Shown here piece after piece: positions 61,290 through 64,000 of a stretch of DNA of 64,000 bases; position 1 is the stretch's first letter; every line of letters begins with the position of its first letter. Under the pieces are notes generated by a model. It was not told where the DNA came from. It was given only the letters and a program-made list of their open reading frames with translations, and did no database searches. The translations under genes were made by a program, and so were the position numbers. Source of the stretch: an uncultured Candidatus Rokubacteria bacterium (GTDB lineage Bacteria; Methylomirabilota; Methylomirabilia; Rokubacteriales; CSP1-6); the NCBI GenBank assembly GCA_963762145.1, contig CAVXJS010000019.1, positions 320,001 through 384,000 of the forward strand, in the 5' to 3' direction.

Positions 61290-62585
61290 ATGGCAAAGGC
61301 GCCGAGCAGTGCCGGTTCGACTGTCTTCTACGGGTGGTGGGTGGCCTTGGCGCTCTCGATCATCGTGTTTCTGTCCTCGGGAATCCGCTTCACGATCGGC
61401 CCCTTCCTCAAGCCGGTCTCCGCGGATCTGGGCGTGGATCGCGGCACCTTCTCCCTGGTGATCGCGCTCTCCCTGCTGCTCTACGGCGCCTTCATGCCCC
61501 TGGTCGGACGGCTCGTCGACCGGATGGGCTCGCGCGTGGTGTGCACCGCCGGCGCGGTGGTGATGGCGGGGTCCCTGGTGCTGACCGGCCGCATGACCAC
61601 GCTCTGGGAGTTCTACCTGTACTACGCGGTGATCGGCTCGCTGGGCCTGGCCGCGACCGGGCACGTCATGGGCTCGGTCACGCTCGCGAACTGGTTCGTG
61701 AAGCGGCGCGGGGTCACGATGAGCTTCCTCGGCTCGGCCTCGATGGCGGGCATGGCGCTCCTGGTGCCCCTGGCCATGTGGTGCATCCTGCGGTTCGGCT
61801 GGCGCGCGAGCTTCGTGATCCTCGGCATCGGCTCGCTGCTGATCATGCTGCCGCTGACCATCTGGGTCCTGCGCGACGATCCGGAGAGCCTGGGCCTCGA
61901 GCCGGACGGGGTGCCCGCCGCGAAGCCAGAGGGCGTGTCGGCGCCGGTCGAGCGCACCGCCATCGCGGACGCGCTGCAGGTCCCGTCGTTCTGGCTGCTC
62001 ACCGGCGGGCTCTTCAACTGCGGGTTCTCCATGAGCCTGCTGTCGGCTCACGGCGTGCCGATGCTGACCGACCACGGCTTTCACCCCATGGCCGCCTCAT
62101 CGGCGATCGGGTTCCTCGGCATGACCGCCATCGGCGGCGGGATCATGCTCGGCCTGATCTCCGATCGCTGGGGCCGCAAGCCGGTGCTCGCGGCCGTGTA
62201 CCTCTTGCGGATCGTCGCCTTCAGCATGCTGTTCCTGGTGCGGGACCCGTTTCTGCTCCTGGTCGTGGCCGCGATCGGCGGGGTGGGCATGTCGGGCAGC
62301 CTGGCGATGACCTCGGCGCTGACCGGGGACATCTTCGGACGCTACTCGGTGGGCTCGCTCTTCGGCCTGATCTTCCTGTCCCACCAGGTGGGCGCGTCCC
62401 TGGGCACCTGGCTGGGCGGGTTCCTGTTCGACGTGACCGGCGGCTACGGCGCCGCCTTCGGGGTGGCCGGGGCCCTGCTGCTGATCGCGGCGATCCTGAG
62501 CCTTTCCATCAACGAGCATGCCCGGCCGGCGTGTCGCACGGTGCCGATACCGTCGCGTCCGCATCCGGTGGCGGGAGGGAGCTGA
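61290..62585 (+). CDS. MFS transporter
   Basis: FYGWWV, GRLVDRMG and SDRWGRK; about 12 TM helices. Confidence 0.92.
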   Translation: MAKAPSSAGSTVFYGWWVALALSIIVFLSSGIRFTIGPFLKPVSADLGVDRGTFSLVIALSLLLYGAFMPLVGRLVDRMGSRVVCTAGAVVMAGSLVLTGRMTTLWEFYLYYAVIGSLGLAATGHVMGSVTLANWFVKRRGVTMSFLGSASMAGMALLVPLAMWCILRFGWRASFVILGIGSLLIMLPLTIWVLRDDPESLGLEPDGVPAAKPEGVSAPVERTAIADALQVPSFWLLTGGLFNCGFSMSLLSAHGVPMLTDHGFHPMAASSAIGFLGMTAIGGGIMLGLISDRWGRKPVLAAVYLLRIVAFSMLFLVRDPFLLLVVAAIGGVGMSGSLAMTSALTGDIFGRYSVGSLFGLIFLSHQVGASLGTWLGGFLFDVTGGYGAAFGVAGALLLIAAILSLSINEHARPACRTVPIPSRPHPVAGGS

Positions 62586-63370
62586 TGGGCTACAGCACGA
62601 TCCTGGTGGATCGAACCGACGGCGTCGCCACGATCACCCTCAACCGGCCGCAGGCCCGTAACGCGCTCGATCTCGTCATGCGTCGCGAGCTCCTGACCGC
62701 GCTGGAGGAGCTCGAGGCGGAGGCGGCCGTGCGGGTGGTCATCCTCACCGGTGGGGGCGGGCACTTCTCGGCGGGCGGCGACGTGAAGACCATGGCCGCG
62801 AAGCGGCAGACCGCGGCGGAGGGCCGCGCGCGCGTGGAGTCGCTGAATCGCTTCATCATTCGCCTGTTCGAGTATCCGAAGCCCACGATCGCGATGGTGG
62901 ACGGCTTCGCGGTCGGCGCCGGGTGCAATATCGCGCTCGGCTGCGACATCGTGATCGCGTCCGACCGCGCCCGCTTCGGCGAGGTCTTCGCCAAGATCGG
63001 GCTGGTGCCCGACGGGGGCGGCACCTGGCTGCTGCCGCGGCTGGTCGGCCTGGCCAAGGCGAAGGAGCTGGTCTTCTCCGCCGACATCATCGACGCGGCC
63101 GAGGCGCTGCGGATCGGGCTCGTGAACCGAGTCGTCCCGGCCGCCGAGCTCGAGTCGACGACCCGCGCCCTCGCCACCCGGATCGCGGCGGGTCCTCCGG
63201 GTGCCATCGGCCTCGCCAAGGCCCTGCTGAACCGCTCGACCACGGTGGATCTGGGCACCTCCCTCGGCTTCGAGGCCTACGCGCAGGCGCAGAGCATCAC
63301 CACCGACGACCATGCCGAGGGCGTCCGGGCCTTCCTGGAAAAGCGCCCACCCAAGTTCACCGGGACATGA
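62585..63370 (+). CDS. Enoyl-CoA hydratase/isomerase family protein
   Basis: LNRPQARNAL, FSAGGD, AVGAG, GLVPDGG and AFLEKR. Confidence 0.92.
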   Translation: MGYSTILVDRTDGVATITLNRPQARNALDLVMRRELLTALEELEAEAAVRVVILTGGGGHFSAGGDVKTMAAKRQTAAEGRARVESLNRFIIRLFEYPKPTIAMVDGFAVGAGCNIALGCDIVIASDRARFGEVFAKIGLVPDGGGTWLLPRLVGLAKAKELVFSADIIDAAEALRIGLVNRVVPAAELESTTRALATRIAAGPPGAIGLAKALLNRSTTVDLGTSLGFEAYAQAQSITTDDHAEGVRAFLEKRPPKFTGT

Positions 63371-63882
63371 GCCACGCGGTGCTCGAGGCCGTCGAGACCG
63401 ACGAGGCGCATCCGCTCGGCCTGATCTCGCATCACCTCCATTCGGACGGCACCGCGGTGGACGCCCTCTACGGCGAGATGTGGGGCTCGTCCACGTTCCC
63501 GCCCGTGTCGAAGAAGAAGATCGACGACGGGCGCACGCGTCCGCGGATGAACGGGCGCGCCGTCTTCGTGAACGCGGTGCGGCGGGTCCGGGAGGTCGTG
63601 CAGGAGTGTCTCGACGCCAATGACCTGCGGGCGGCCGACGTGGATTGCTACCTGTTCCACCAGGCCAACGTGCGGATCATCGAGGCGGCCGCCGAGCATT
63701 TCCAGATCCCGGCCACGCGGTACTTCAACAATCTGGACCGTTACGGCAACACCGCCGGCGCGTCCGTTCCCATCTGCCTCCACGAGGCGCTGGCCGAAGG
63801 CCGCATCAAGGAGGGCGACCTCGTCATGCTGGTGGCCTTCGGCACCGGCTTCTCGTGGGGGGCGACGCTCCTGCGCTGGTGA
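63367..63882 (+). pseudogene. FabH/KAS III C-terminal half only (internal deletion)
   Basis: MNGRAVF, FHQANVRII, YGNTAGAS and AFGTGFSWG present; N-terminal half with the catalytic Cys absent; 171 aa. Confidence 0.75.
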
Positions 63883-64000
63883 GCCCTCCCGACGGTCTGC
63901 GCGGCTGGCTCCAGCGTCTCGGCTGGAGCCAGCGCCCCGAGCGCCGAGCCCTCGTGCTCGCCGGCGGCGGGGTCATCGGCGGCATGTACGAGGTCGGCGC
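63879..64000 (+). CDS. Patatin-like phospholipase (5' part, runs off the window)
   Basis: RALVLAGGGVIGGMYEVG glycine-rich motif; GTG overlaps the previous stop. Confidence 0.7.
   Translation, partial: MSPPDGLRGWLQRLGWSQRPERRALVLAGGGVIGGMYEVG

Overview
Very GC-rich bacterial chromosomal window, gene-dense and mostly core or niche metabolism. Gene style suggests a Rokubacteria/Methylomirabilota-like organism, but this is inference only. Many conserved genes carry single-base frameshifts, which most likely reflect an unpolished long-read assembly. Left to right: urtE and ureABCEFGD urease followed by an AtzG/AtzE-like amidase pair; a stand-alone Fis/NtrC-type HTH gene behind a sigma-54 promoter and an IHF site; a phosphate regulon (MBL hydrolase, PhoB-like/PhoR, ppk1, Tat transglutaminase, second PhoB-like regulator, pstSCAB-phoU) with 11-bp-periodic Pho-box-like repeats; LOG protein, Zn-ribbon microprotein, EamA and nadE; a lower-GC amino-sugar/glycosylation islet preceded by a ynfA remnant; MsbA-like ABC, GT4 and DegT genes; Mrp, LON-N and PDZ genes; a TRAP transporter with an amidase; a carbamoyltransferase; CorA; an acyltransferase-creatininase operon; a Tat-signal nicotinamidase; FkbM and an epimerase; YbjQ, RidA and a CoA transferase; a CxxU Rdx/SelW-type selenoprotein gene absent from the ORF track; nucleoside hydrolase and ribokinase; GH3, BtpA, MFS, enoyl-CoA hydratase, an internally deleted fabH and the start of a patatin gene. 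Also present are three kinds of palindromic REP/MITE-like elements and a recurring signature of leaderless promoters. No rRNA, tRNA, CRISPR array, integrase or transposase was seen.
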